A stretch of 64,000 bases of DNA, taken from Octopus sinensis. Its lineage: Eukaryota. Positions 1 to 12,690 of this stretch are shown here, one piece after another. The DNA lies in the NCBI RefSeq assembly GCF_006345805.1, contig NC_042999.1:115444001-115508000 (forward strand), written 5' to 3'. Position 1 is the stretch's first letter, and each line of letters opens with the position of its first letter. The notes beneath the pieces are model-generated. The model was not told where the DNA came from, ran no database searches, and saw nothing but the letters and a program-made list of their open reading frames with translations. Made by a program: the position numbers and the translations under genes.

Positions 1-164
1 AATCAAATTAATATTCAATTTTTCACCCTTAATATATATATATATATATATAATATATATATATATATAATATATATATATATATCACTCATGACTAAGT
101 CTATACAGCCAAAACAGCAATCTTTAATGAAATAACAAATAAACGAACTTTAGGTTCTGAACTT

Positions 165-390
165 ATGAATTTCCAACCATCATTCCATCCCTCATCTGGA
201 TTATTCATCACTCCCCCAATGCGTCACCTATTAAGGTAATGTCACAGTTTTCAAAAGTTTAACAACGAGGCTTTAAATTATAAGCAATATTTCTATGAAT
301 TTAGAACAGCCTAGTGACAAATGTTAAACTGCAATCTGTGTGATTTCTATAAACAAAATATGGTTATAAGATACTTTGAACGAATGTCTT
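165..390 (-). pseudogene. Decayed iGluR-like S1 ligand-binding segment
   Basis: Manual translation KTFVQSIL*PYFVYRNHTD...IHRNIAYNL...DITLIGDALG/VMNNPDEGWN/GMMVGN follows the S1 motif order KTLxVTTILEEPYV...IAxxL...LVxDGKYG...WNGMVGEL. Several stops and frameshifts. Confidence 0.45.
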
Positions 391-549
391 GCCTCCTTCC
401 TACCCGAGAAAAATTTTACAAACCACATATTCACTATTGCAGCTTGCGTGGAGATGCCGATGAGCGGCTAGGGTTTTTTTAAAATTTTTTTTATTTTTTA
501 TGTAGGCCTTGATTATATTCTGCGTCAATTTATATATCGTAACAGTGAA

Positions 550-741
550 TTATTTCCTTGTTGGTTTTAAATTGCTGCTAGCCACCTTGATTATTTTGTA
601 ATTTTCACATTGCCATATTGTGAAATCAGTCACTGATTCCAATGGCATTATCCATAATATTGACAGGGTGAGTTGAACTCTGCCAACTGCGATGGAATGA
701 GCATTACTGATGAATATAAATTTCCTAAACGAAATTAGCAT
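550..741 (-). pseudogene. Possible end of a LIVBP-like amino-terminal domain, just upstream of the S1 segment
   Basis: ORF contains GRVQL...TDFTIW...IIKVA, resembling GRIxF...NFTLxI...KVGxW at the end of iGluR ATDs. By-eye match only. Confidence 0.3.
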
Positions 742-919
742 GGTAATCTAATGCATCTCGCTTAAAAGTGAGGAGAGTTTTCTCCCCTGTCAGTACAAAT
801 GCTTTTGTGGATAAGAAGTCTACAACTTCTATTTCTAGCAATGCTGATAGTCACTGCACCCTTAACACTCCTGGTGAGAGTGAATTATTTCCTTGTTGGT
901 TTTGCTGCTAACCACCTTC

Positions 920-1335
920 AGGCGCAGGAGTGGCTGTGTGGTAAGTAGCTTTCTAACCAACCACATGGTTCCGGGTTCAGTCCCACTGCGTGGCATCTTG
1001 GGCAAGTGTCTTCTGCTATAGCCCCGAGCCGACCAATGCCTTGTGAGTGGATTTGGTAGACGGAAACTGAAAGAAGCCTGTCGTATATATGTATATATAT
1101 ATGTATGTGTGTGTATGTGTTTGTGTGTCTGTGTTTGTCTCCCTAGCATTGCTTGACAACCGATGTTGGTGTGTTTACGTCCCCGTCACTTAGCGGTTCG
1201 GCAAAAGAGACTGATAGAATAAGTACTGGGCTTACAAAGAATAAGTCCTGGGGTCGATTTGCTTGACTAAAGGCGGTGCTCCAGCATGGCCGCAGTCAAA
1301 TGACTGAAACAAGTAAAAGAGTAAAAGAGTAAAGA
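920..1335 (+). mobile_element. tRNA-derived SINE (octopus-type), near full length
   Basis: A-box-like GTGGCTGTGTGGTAAG, B-box-like GGTTCAGTCCC, internal TA/TG microsatellite, (AGAGTAA)n-like tail. Decayed inverted copy near 26050-26300. Confidence 0.85.
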
Positions 1336-1405
1336 GTATATATAATTTTAAGCTTTTAACTTTACAACTTATGTCTCTTTACAATTTAACATTTTTTAAT
1401 TACAG

Positions 1406-3600
1406 ATTGCTCAAGGATGTCCCCTGGGTGGCGACCGCTGTGGACTGTTGGTTGGCCTACTACAGGTCCTACCTGGGGTTGACGGCACACTGGCTGGACC
1501 CCAAAACCCGCACGAGACAACACGCTGCCCTGGCCTGCTCTCGGCTCAGAAGACATCATACCGTTGATGTTCTCGCCCAGGCCATGGTGGACATCCGTTA
1601 CAAGTTCCATTTGCAAGACAAGGTGACCAGGACCACGACGGACAACGGCAAAAACTTTGTTAAGGCATTATTTATGTTGTGTTATAAACCCAAACTCGAA
1701 TATCAAAGTTTAAAAGGTTTTAATCGACTAAAAATACAGCAATCTACAATACAAAGATCGCTAAATTGTAAGCAAAACCAAACTTCAACGCAATAACAGT
1801 TTTATGTAGCGAGTTGCTACAGCCTCGACTAATTAAAACCAACACTGAACAAGTCGTGCCGCAAACAGAACAGAACTCCGCGCAGTCGCACTGCAGGCAT
1901 ATAACAGCAATCAAGACAATCAAAATCACGTGATCAAAACTAAAATCACAACATTTTTCACTCCTAAAGAAAAAGAACAATTAACCAATACAATGCAAAA
2001 TACAAACATAACCATGAGCCAATCACAACAACGTAATAATGAGGCTTTTCATAAGCGTAACACATCATCAATTATAAATTTAACCTATCAGGAACTTTTT
2101 TGTTCTGGATGAACGCCAGTGCAAAGTAGTTTGAGGTTCTGGTTCTTGAGGTGGTGTATGTGGAACAGAATCGATCATGGTATCTGAAAAAACCACTACG
2201 CTGTTCAGGCACTTGAGTAGGATCAGTGTCAGCAACATCAGTTTGATCCTTACTTAGTTGTTTTGCCAGTAGGAGCTAAATCTCTAATGGACACATTACT
2301 TTCATGCCCATCTGGGTACTGCACCCTCCCGTGGTTAGGGTTAATTTTACCAACTGGGCTTCATCTACTAACGGATCATGCTTATTGCGTACATGTCGTT
2401 TAACAAACACTTTGTCAGGTCCTTGGATTAACCAAATAGGAACGGAAACACCACACATACAACGTCTAGGAAATTTAAAGAATCTTCCATGCGGGATCTC
2501 ATTAGTTGCCGTGCATAATAATGAACGTTGCGAATGTAAAACTTCTGAAAGCACGACTTCAGAACTCCGCGCAGTCGCACTGCAGGTATATAAATAGCAA
2601 TCGAAATAATCAAAATCAAGTGATCAAAACTAAAATCACAACATGTTTGGTACAGAAGTTGAACTCTTGCTAGACATTTCTGAGGCTCTTGACATCGCTT
2701 CGTTCAAGTCGGCCTAGAAGAAGGCCATGTCTAAGGCGCAGCGGCTGTGGAATCTGCAGAGCCGCAGCACGGTGGCAGCAGACAACATTCTGGATGTGTT
2801 GAAGAGGAGGCTGGTGGTTCCCAAAAGTACCAGATGGAACTCTACTTATGACTCTGTTGTTGTCTTCAACAACCTGCTGGAGAAGAATAGGGGAGCTGTC
2901 CACAGGCGATGACACAGCTGAAGCTACAGATCTTTACTGATTCTGATGTCAGCTTACTGATGGAATACTCACAGGTGATACCTAATGTTGCCAAGGCATT
3001 GGATAAAATCCAAGGGGTGGACCAGTATAATTTCGGGAGCCTTCAGCCAACTGTAGCGGCTACCATCATGAAGTTGAAGGAGGCCAAGTTCAAACATCTC
3101 CTGTACTGCAGTCTTCTGATAGATGCGATACTGGCAGGAATCACGAAAAGGTTTGGGCTCCTCCTAGAAGGCCTGGAGTGCCAACTAGCCGCTACCTTCT
3201 ACAACAAGTTTCGCTTGTTCTGGCTAGAGCAGTATAATAACAGCCAGGTTAGCAGAGTAACGAACGCCACGGAGACAGTCGTAGCGACAGCCCTAATGGA
3301 GACCAATGAAGAGGGCAACAGCACCACCAGCAGTGAATATGAGGAAGATGATTTCTTCAGAAACATTACTCGGCTCCAGGAGAGCATGAGTCACTGAAAT
3401 CCAAGGCGCAAAAGTTGGTGAAGATCTGGTTGGAGGCCATCTCGAAGAGGTCCTGACTGAAGTTGCGTTTTTGAGTGAGCAGGTCTTGATGGACCTGTTT
3501 ACCAAGTATGATACCGCCATCCAATCCAGTGCTGCTGTCGAGCACCTATTCTCTATAGGCAAAGATATTTTGAGGGCCTGTCAGATGGAAATTTTGAAGG
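1406..3600 (+). mobile_element. hAT (ZBED-like) transposase pseudogene, interrupted by an LTR element
   Basis: DCW...SYLGLTAHW...TTDNGKNFVKA before the insertion; TRWNSTY and dimerisation motif SSAAVEHLFSIG after it. Removing 1675-2643 rejoins the frame (ALF-MFGTE). Stops and frameshifts elsewhere. Confidence 0.9.
1675..2643 (-). mobile_element. Internally deleted Gypsy-type LTR retrotransposon
   Basis: 279 bp LTR 1675-1953 bounded by TGTTGTG...CACAACA; partial second LTR 2560-2643 matches 1871-1953; purine-rich tract next to the LTR on the minus strand; integrase C-terminal remnant TATNEIPH...RHVRNKHDPLVDEA at 2276-2554. Confidence 0.8.
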
Positions 3601-4149
3601 GCAACCAGCATCATGTCGTGGTGATGGAGAAGGCTCAGCCAGAGTAGTACACCTTGATCATCATCCGATCTTGGCATGATACACCTTTTTGATTCATTTA
3701 ATACTTTTTGTACCGTAAACAAAGTGTAAGTTGACTGAAAACCAATATTTAATTTCATTTGTTCATTTAATTATTTGCGTACACATTGATCATCATCTGA
3801 TTTTGGCACCTTTCAGGAAAGCTCTATGTCTAAGCTACAACATAAAAATTTCAGCTCTCTAAGTCTGTTTTTAGGGGTTTTAAAGCAAACCGAGACTAAA
3901 TTCATGATAAAAGATAGTGGCTATCATTTAGCGTTAGCTTCCGCTATTTGACTTGCTAGAAACAGCAGCCAAAAACAAAAAAAGAAGAAAAAAAGAGAAA
4001 AACGGATGACATTGAACAATGTTGTCCATAATATACAATCTGTCTTTACAGTGACGTAGTGTAGAATGTATTGACCGCGCAGGCTACGTTGTGTCGTCAC
4101 ATGCTACCGTTAATAAAACACTTCACTCATACTATAATGAGCAACTCGG

Positions 4150-4390
4150 CTATTCAGTGGTAAACTGGTTCTTATTTTATCACCCCGAAAGGATGAAAAA
4201 TAAAGCCGACCGCGGCGGAATTTGAACTCAGAACGATTTAGTCAGATGAAATGCCGCAAAGCATTTTGTTCACCGTGCTTAACGATTCTGCCAGCCTGGT
4301 GGCTTGCCATTTTTGCACAAGGCCAGTAATTTTAAAGGATCGATACTTCGTTTTATCGACTCCGAAAGGATGAAAATCTTCAATTCTGTA
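4150..4390 (-). mobile_element. tRNA-derived SINE copies with a CCTTTCATCCTTTCGGGGTCGATAAA-type core
   Basis: Reverse complement shows A box, B box (GAGTTCAAATTCC) and the core. Same family at 7345-7645, 15010-15160, 18115-18570, 19240-19370 and 28660-28850. Confidence 0.8.
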
Positions 4391-4449
4391 TTTAACAGAG
4401 TTAGGGACCTGAAGTTCTGTTAACCATCCTCCTCGTTCGGGTTCTTTCT

Positions 4450-6840
4450 CAACTGCACCACACTTATTTTCATAGGACTGGTATTCTCGGTTTCTGCTGC
4501 CAGTTGCAGTAGACATCTGCCAAGAGGCTCCAGAGCAAGTCTAGCATATGAAGACGAAGCTCGTAGAGTTGACCATCCCGCTTCAACGACTTCCTCTTGT
4601 ATCCAGCCATTATTTTCCGTATTTCGTCAGATGTTATCGGCCTTTCACAGAACGTCTCATCCCTATTCAAGAGCTACAACAGACAGTTGAGGTTAGCTAC
4701 ATCCCTGGTTCACCGCCCGCCCCAAACAGTTGAATGAAGTGCCATTAAAAAGCTGCACATATCTGCTTGGAATTGAGTTGTACACGCCATTCCCGATCTG
4801 TTAAAGACCGAGTTGGGGCTTTACTGTCACTTGGGTCCATCGAACGACTTTCGTTCCATGCCTTAGAGCCCTATCTCTGACAACGCAACGTCCATGCTTA
4901 GCTTTGAAGAATCGTTAGAGGTCAGTCTCGCTGCCAACACGTCAGTCACAGTGCCTTTCCTAAGTGCTTCTTCTAAGTTACTAACTAGGCCTCTCTGCAA
5001 TTTCTATCATTATTTTCTTACTAAACTTTATCAAGTGTAATCAGTAAGCAATTTTCAGGGCAAACAACCATTGGCTGTTGACAATTTCTCCCGTCAACTC
5101 CCTCTTAACTAATTCTCTAATCCAGTAACTGTAAACTTGGTGCAACGGGAAAGATGTGTTCAGTTTCCAGAAACCAGGTCCCTATCCACCTAGGTTGACT
5201 ACACAGAGCACAAATTTGTGGCCTGTACCTCAGCTGATTGGAAACAACTGAGCAAGTTTCAGAGGCTTTCTCACACTCGTCTCCTATCAGCTAGTCACAC
5301 ACAATTAAGAAGTTCATCCAAATTGGCGTTTCAGTTGCCCACTAACACTAAAGAGCGGAGTATTTCCAGGAAAAAGTCCAGTTGCCTGAAGAAATTCGGC
5401 TGCTCCATATCAGCCGGGTCTAGAAAGACCGACTGTCTCAAGGTCCAGGCTGTTCCGAAACAGCACTACCTCCTGCCCCACTATTCTGGGCCGAATAAGT
5501 GATGTAAAGATCTCGAAGTCGGCAAAAATTGGTGTTAAGGGCGTGTGTCTAGAATCCTCGCCGTTAGCTATCATATCCAAATCTAGCAACCTTAAGTCAT
5601 TGAGCAGGCGACTAGGCTTCCATGTTAACTTCAGGCCACGCGCATTTATATACTCCACTCTCAGAGCTGCCATGCTCGTAAAAAAAGAGGAAGGCGAAAA
5701 GGAAACTGGTAACTTACCCATTTGGTAGTCCTGTGGATCGAGTAACTTGGTTTACATGAAATTTTGACCTTCCTTTAGACACCTACTGCTGCTCTTGCGC
5801 TGAAGCATCCTACATTAATTGGGGAAAATATCCCTCATTTTATATATCTCACAAATTTGTAGCACTTTGAAAGTGGTAAGCCTGAAGACCTTCTCTCTGT
5901 TTCAATGTTTTCTTTTAATGCAATAAGCAACATCAATTTTTTTGTATTTGTACTCCTTGTCAGCATAAAGTTTGGGCTGGGTGTGTTTTGTTCATGTTGT
6001 ACTTGTGTGTCTGTCTGATGGTGTAACTCCTTCGTTTTTTTTTTTTGAGACGGGTGTTGGTGATGGAGTTATTGTTGCCTATGTTTGGTATGGGTGTCAT
6101 TTCATGGATACTGTCGTGATTTTAAAGAAAAAAGCTACCGGAGAACATGTATAATTTAAAAAAAGTTTTTGTTGTATTTATATTATATTGAAATTTTTTG
6201 TTGTTTTTCCTTTTTACGAGATGAGATATCTATACCAGAAATATCTGATGCGGGTTGGGGTAGAGGTGGAGGTATATATTTCATGCGTGCTCATATGTGT
6301 ATGTGTTTGAAAGGGGAAGGGGATGGAATATAAAGAAGGTGTTAAGTTGGAGATTTTTCTGGGTGCCAGGTTTTGCTTCTGTATTGTGGATATCATTATT
6401 GCTGCTTTTCTGTCATTTGTAATGTTGGCAGTGGTGTTATTGTTCTTGTAGCTGCAGTTGCGGTTATTTGTGTTACTGTTGTTGGTGCTGACCTTCTTCT
6501 CTTCACTACTGCTATTGGGGCTGTGGTACCGGCAGTCGTGGAAGTGGGGTGTCTCCTCTATCATATTTTTTTGTAGAGGATAGAAAGTTCCGAAGTGGCC
6601 TTCCCCACAACACAAATGGCATCTTGACCTTCTTCCCCTACCCTTAAACATGCAGCTAGACTTCATTGGAAAAGCGTATAAGGTCTGGGATCTTCTCTAC
6701 ACCCTCCAATTTGATTTGGAGGAGGATCTACACTATGGTCTCAAGGCAAAACTCCGTCTCCGTTCGTTTTACGTCAAAGAGGATGTCACCTCCTTTCAAA
6801 GCAGCACAGCCTAACTTCCACCAGGTGGAAACTCCCTCCA

Positions 6841-6885
<45 letters not shown>

Positions 6886-7080
6886 AAAGTTCTCTCTAAA
6901 TTTGATGGCTATAGGGTGAATTTCCTGTCGTATATAGGAACTATGGAGTACTTCGGTGCGAGGGCTTTGCTTTCGAAGACAGCCTCCATACTCCCGAACT
7001 GCTGTGCCCTGGTCACATGACCTATATCTACCCATATATCTTTCCACCTGGATGTGTGCTGCCGCTTCTAGGCATCAGGT
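4450..7080 (-). mobile_element. Tx1/L1-clade LINE, 5' portion (ORF1 zinc knuckle, APE endonuclease, start of RT), decayed
   Basis: CHLCCGEGH knuckle (6214-6666); ALRVEYINARGL APE start (5410-5721); GPGFWKLN; ITSDEI...KSLKRDG...YE (4470-4670). Confidence 0.8.
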
Positions 7081-7344
7081 TTTAGCCGGTAGACAGAGAT
7101 ACAACACTGTTGAATCGGCTGTCATTTAAGGAGAGTGAGAAGTACTGTCTGATTTCACTGCCTTTGGAGTTCCCCACCACTTAATTTTTTATTATCATTC
7201 CACTTTCTCGTTTATCTTGTCGCTTTTGGTGTTGTAGCAATTGTCGTTAAAAACGTTGTCCTTATTGTTGTCGCTATCATTACTGTTATTATTGTCGTTA
7301 TTCTCGTACAAATTTTCTCTCATAGAGCCGGTAATAGTATGAAA

Positions 7345-7645
7345 ATTTCGATCCTTTCTACTACAGGCGCAAGGCCTATAGCAGAAAGGATTAGTGTTAA
7401 CGATTCTGCCAGTTCACTGCCTTCTATGGTTTTAAATTTTGGCTCAAGGCCAGTGAGTTCGGAGGAGGGGGTAAGTCGATTGTATCAATTCCAGTGTTCA
7501 ACTGGTACTTATTTCATCGACACCGAAAGGATGAAAGGTAAAGTTGACCTCAGCGGAATTTGAACTGAGAACGTAAAGACGAACGGAATACTGCTAAACA
7601 TTTCGTTCGGTATGCTAACGATTCTGCCAGCTCGTCGCCTCAAAT
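7345..7645 (-). mobile_element. SINE plus tandem tail fragment
   Basis: Same family as 4150-4390, ending in an (AAT)n run. Confidence 0.8.
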
Positions 7646-7689
7646 AATAACAACATTAATAATAATAATAATAATAATGGAACGGACTC

Positions 7690-8640
7690 TATTATTTACC
7701 AAATTCACCTTGTTTGTATTCTCTATATTCTCCGTCAAAAACTTCCTGGAGGAAGGAGTTCTGCTCATAGTTTTCGTAGGCTCTCTGAATCCAGCGAGAT
7801 CGATGCAGTTGGTTCCTCTTGACGAAAGGAAAACGACTGGGCCTAGTGGTTAGTGTGAACCTGGGTGTGGAAGTAGATACACCGTTGGTGACGAGAAGAG
7901 TAGAGACAAGTGGGTCGCAAATATCTGAATGATGGTGTCACGAGATCAACTATTTCCGATAAGTAGAGGCGATTATAAATTGCAGCAGAAAGAGGAAAAA
8001 CAAACGACAGCGTATCTGTACGCCTGTGATCTGAATACCTTTGTAAGTGACTACATCTGTCAGGCAGCCCTTTTATAGATGTGGTTTAGGATCCCTGCAT
8101 GCGTAGAGCAGCATCACAGTAGAGAATGTGGGAGCAAATCCATTATTGTTAGTTTCAACATTTTGTAAAGATTTAGCAGTTACTGGAAACCGAAACAATT
8201 TCTGAAACAGTAGACAAGATCCAGTCTTTGTAACGCGATCTTTGCTATTCTGAGGTTGTGGTAGAAGAGAACAATGAGCCAGCATTGAGAGCTCGAGTTG
8301 CGTGCTGTTTATATTTAGAGAGGAAGACGCGATTGTGTTCCCATGATATGTGTAGTGACTACGCCTATGTGCTGTTAAATGAGGTAAGATTGGTCCGATA
8401 CCACTAGATAATGTTTTCGAGATCTTTGGAGATGGAATCGGCGCAGATTTGGCATCAGGTGTTGAATTTGCTTCATGTGGATGAAACTTGCGTGTAGAGG
8501 GTTAGAGAAGAATGAGAATTGGTATCACTTGCGTAGGGGTGTGTGTTGTTAGCGGTGATAGCAAATTGGTGGTTGATGAATAGGATGAAGAGTGTGGGAG
8601 ACAAATCCGAGCCTTCAGTCACACTAGACTTGTATAGAGT
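7690..8640 (-). mobile_element. CR1/L2-type LINE, decayed RT C-terminal portion
   Basis: SVTEGSDLSPTLFILFIN...YASDT corresponds to the GVPQGSVLSPTLF...YADDT RT motifs; followed by CSHI...DHRR...LYLSEI C-terminal motifs. Confidence 0.7.
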
Positions 8641-9729
8641 GTGTCATACAGAGTAGACGTTGTGATGCTGCCACCTGCACTGTATTTCACATTTAAAGAA
8701 AAAAAGAAAAAGATAAAGAAAGAAAAATCTTGCTCTGTGATAGTGCAATGTTTTCAGACCCGTCAAAACATGAATTATTCTATGTGCTCTACAGTATATT
8801 ACTGGCTAACTTCCTGTATTGATCATTGAGCGAACTGGTCACTGCAGCTCAACTAAAAATTATTAGTTTCAAAAGAAGCTTTGATGAATAATAGAAAACA
8901 AACAATTATTTCTCTGTTTGATCCTTATGACAACATGAATAAGTAACGGTAATGTTTTCAGTTGAAGTCGAGGGTCACCAATTGTAATCGATGGTGCAAC
9001 GTTGGGATCACCACTTTGTAACGGTCGCAGTCAAGGTTTACCAATTGTAATCGATGCCTGTTACAGTGCAACGTCGGAATTACCAATTGTAACAGTTGGA
9101 CAATAATTGATAAACACTAGGATGGAACTTCGGAGTCGTCACCAATTGTAACGGCAAAGATTTATTGCAACGGCATGTTGTAAGATGTGAAAGATGAACA
9201 GTGATTAAAGTTTAAGAAAATATTTATTTACGACGGGTTGGTATGTATAACTAGTAAATGGAAAAGCATACGAGGTAAAAAGAGTTAATTTCGGCAGGTA
9301 TGTGTGTACACGATCTCATAGTAGTATATATATAGAGAGATATAATAATATTACAGAGAAAAGAAAGTGAGAGTCGAGGGAAGTTGTCTCTCATAGTCGC
9401 TGATTGTAACTTTCTTTTTCCCTCTGCCCGTTTGGTGTGTAGTGGCTGCCTGCTTGTGGCCATGATTCTAGTTGTCCGTTCACACTCACTGATGATCGCT
9501 CTCACTGACTTTGCCTTACGGAGTTCTTGTTTTTATAACTATCCAAAAGGATAGACATATTGTTTAAAAACAATGGATTTCGTTGGAGGTCTGTTATCTC
9601 CATTCCAGCCCTGGTGGCCTAGAAGAGGTTAGAAGGGTCAAGTGGCGAAGACATTATTCCGGCTTAGCGGAGGCATCTGGTAAATGTAACTGCTGTCACT
9701 AATAAAAAAAACTATTGTTTTATCATTAG

Positions 9730-10740
9730 AAAAGAGCTGTTGAACTGTTAAGTGAAATTTGGCGATCGAGGATCGAATCCACGCTATGCCTGCATGAAGC
9801 CACTACAAATATATTAATACATACAAAAGTAACTCTGTAACAAAATCGCATTAGCATATGTAAGGTCGGCATCCGAGTCATGCTACAAGAAAGAGTTACT
9901 TTTTTGTACAGATGGTACAAAAGCAAGCAGACAACGCTTTCATCAATGTTTTTGCTTGTAGGTGTATGATGTAATTATAAAGCAAGCTTCTAAAAAGCAT
10001 TGTTCTTGAATACTTAACTTCATGATTGAAGTTGCAAGTTAGCAACAGAAGTCTTACTCTATGCACAAGAGGAATTATAAAAATTAATAAACACACGAAC
10101 TTCTCATAGTCAGTTTTCCCTTTTACCTCAACTTTAATCAAATAAACCTTCTTGAGATTATATTCTCTGCTACAAGCATACAAGACTGGTGTTTGAATTG
10201 GTTTCTTTAACTCGCTTCAAACAAATAATATGAATAATACAAAAGACAAGAAGCACCATTGTGAAGTAAGTGCCTAAATGAAATTCTTTATTTTCAAATA
10301 CTCAAGTGTAATCTTCTTTAGCCAGGAGCTGGCTTGATTCAAGCAATCTCCACACTGCCACGAAGAGATAATATTACAAATCTATCATGATAAACTATTC
10401 AAACTATTTCCAGCCATGCTGTTGCCCACAGATGAAACCTTAGTGACACCTGACTCACAGCTTGTCTAGAGTGTTACGAACCTAAAAACGTCAAATTTAA
10501 TTGAAACAAACAACTGAAATCCAATGTTTTGATTATATCACGTGATAGTCAGAAACTGGAGCCAACAAACTTTAGAGCAAGATTGGGAAGATTAACTATC
10601 GTTGAAGTTATACATAACCTCATTAAATTCTCAATAGGTGGGTCTGGTACCACCCAAAAAGGTCTTGAATCATAACTGAATTTGTATGTGTCGACAAATA
10701 CAACACTAACTGGAGCAAGATGAAATTCAACTAATCAATT
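9730..10740 (-). pseudogene. Decayed LIVBP/ANF_receptor-like domain (ATD module 4)
   Basis: FDVFRFVTL*TSCESGVTKVSSVGNSMAGNSLNSLS**ICNIISSW...FI*ALTSQW...TDYEKF...RVRLLLLTCN...YNYII follows iGluR ATD motif order; only five stops in about 200 codons. Confidence 0.4.
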
Positions 10741-11199
10741 CTTCAGCATCCATGTCCATCTAAGGTGCTTCTATTTCTAGCAGTGTGTGTGTGTGTGCTT
10801 GGTTATCTTTTAATAGACAGCTTAGCTTTTAATGCATTATTGATACAAAGAGAGAGAAACTATGTAGTAATTAGAAAGTTTGCTACCCTCTTTGAATTCA
10901 AATGTTACGTTTTCTTTATGTAATTATTACGGTGCTTCTTTAGCGTGTGATCTACAAGGGAAATTACTGTAGGTTACTTTTTAGTTTACTTCTCAATTTC
11001 TAAAACCCCGTAAGATATTGGCTTATGATTTTTACAATGTGATCAGTGACGAGACGAAGGCATTTACATTTTTACAAGAAACCAGCACTAAATTCATATA
11101 ATTTCTTAAGAAAACGAAAGGTGTTACTTTAGTGTGTGATCTACAATTTAAAGTAGCACCCATTACTCTATAGCAAAATCAAATCACAAGAATCTAAAT

Positions 11200-12690
11200 A
11201 GAAATTTGCAAGAAGTCCGTGTGACGCTCTATCTTTGATGCAGCATAGTCCACTCCGGAAAAAAGAGAAAGGAAGAAAATGTCGACAGAGCATTGTGTAT
11301 ATTCATAGAAAATATATCCCAATTGCAGACAATATCATGAAGATCTCTACGTGCCAACACCAGTCCGAAACCCAACACACACACATCTTTAACATATTTG
11401 CCAGTTAGCATACCCAGATGACAATTTTAAAGATCCCCACTGTATTGCAAAAACACAATCATCGTCTTTCAGTAGAGGTTTATTAGGTGCAATTGCCTTA
11501 AAGGGAAGAAACTCATGATAAGTTTATTAAAAAAAAAAAAAAAATCAACTGACATCTGGGTTACACTCAAAATATGATCACAACATTATAGACGTGGTTT
11601 TCCTTTTAAAACATCATAGTAAATTGGGCTATAAAAAATGTAAGAGCTCTATCCTTAAATAATATTCATCTCCTATATTTACTTTTTATCACATCTGACT
11701 GGCACTAATACTGATTTTAATTTTTGTTGATCAAACCTCGGTCAGCCCCTATCGAGTAGATATAACTATACAGTTTATTTTTTAATGTACTTAATTTCTA
11801 TACATGTATTGCTACACGAACGTCGAACTTGTATTTGCTCCCTTAATACTGCTACAGGGACCCGTACACCGACGACTGAAAGACGGTGGATACTTGCTTA
11901 AGATAAAAATTAAAAAAACGCGGCAACGCAAGTTGAGCGATATTTTAGTTTCTTCATCCCTATACGACTAGATGTGCAGAACCAAAATTTAACAAGGCTT
12001 GTTTTCAAATAAGCATTGTTATATATAAGGGAAATCGCACGCAAAAAAGTATTTTCTGCTGAAGATATACAATGAATTTATATTTGAAATTAGATCCTGG
12101 AAAAATATGCTTTTAATTGTTAAATTTAGCTCTCCACATGGGTTCATGTAAAGATGCAGAAAATGAGATCTCGTTCGACTCGCGCTGTTACTACATTTAA
12201 AAAATCTTTTCAAAAATAATGCCTGTGGGTTCGGCTGCTCTGCATTGATAAGGAGCAAACACTCTGAAACTAGTCTGCAGATGCTTGACCAGCAAGGGGA
12301 AGCGGCTGACCTCCCCTGTTCAAAGGTTATAATGGACACATGTTTGTGAGTCACATAGCTAGCTAGAGGCGATAGCCTCTTGAAGCTAATCAACGGCAGC
12401 ATTTGTCCTATATTTTTTGAACTGCCATATTAGCTTAGGGATAACTATTAATACATAACCTGTTCTTGTAGAAGTATATAATACAGAAACTAAATTTCGT
12501 TGTTTGTATTTCCTTGTCGATTTTTCCTTTTATGTCTTTTGTTTCATTCTGACACTAAAATAAGACTTAACTTAGTAAATGATTCGACTTGGAATATTGA
12601 TTTGCCACTTCGTTCATTGAATTTAAAGCCATACAAAGGCAAATCCATCGATCCCAGCATTTATTTCGGTTTGGGCTACTCCCTCTAAAA
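11200..12690 (-). pseudogene. Decayed LIVBP-like domain pieces (ATD module 3), including the open 127-aa ORF 12019-12402
   Basis: EGVAQTEINAG...WQINIP (12550-12690); LASYVTHKHVSIITFE...HFLHL...NSLYIF (ORF); VDIFFL...SKIER (11200-11460). By-eye resemblance. Confidence 0.3.

Noticed and set aside
8975-9154. CRISPR-like array
   Set aside because: Repeats are only about 12 bp, spacers are related to each other, the context is eukaryotic and there are no cas genes.
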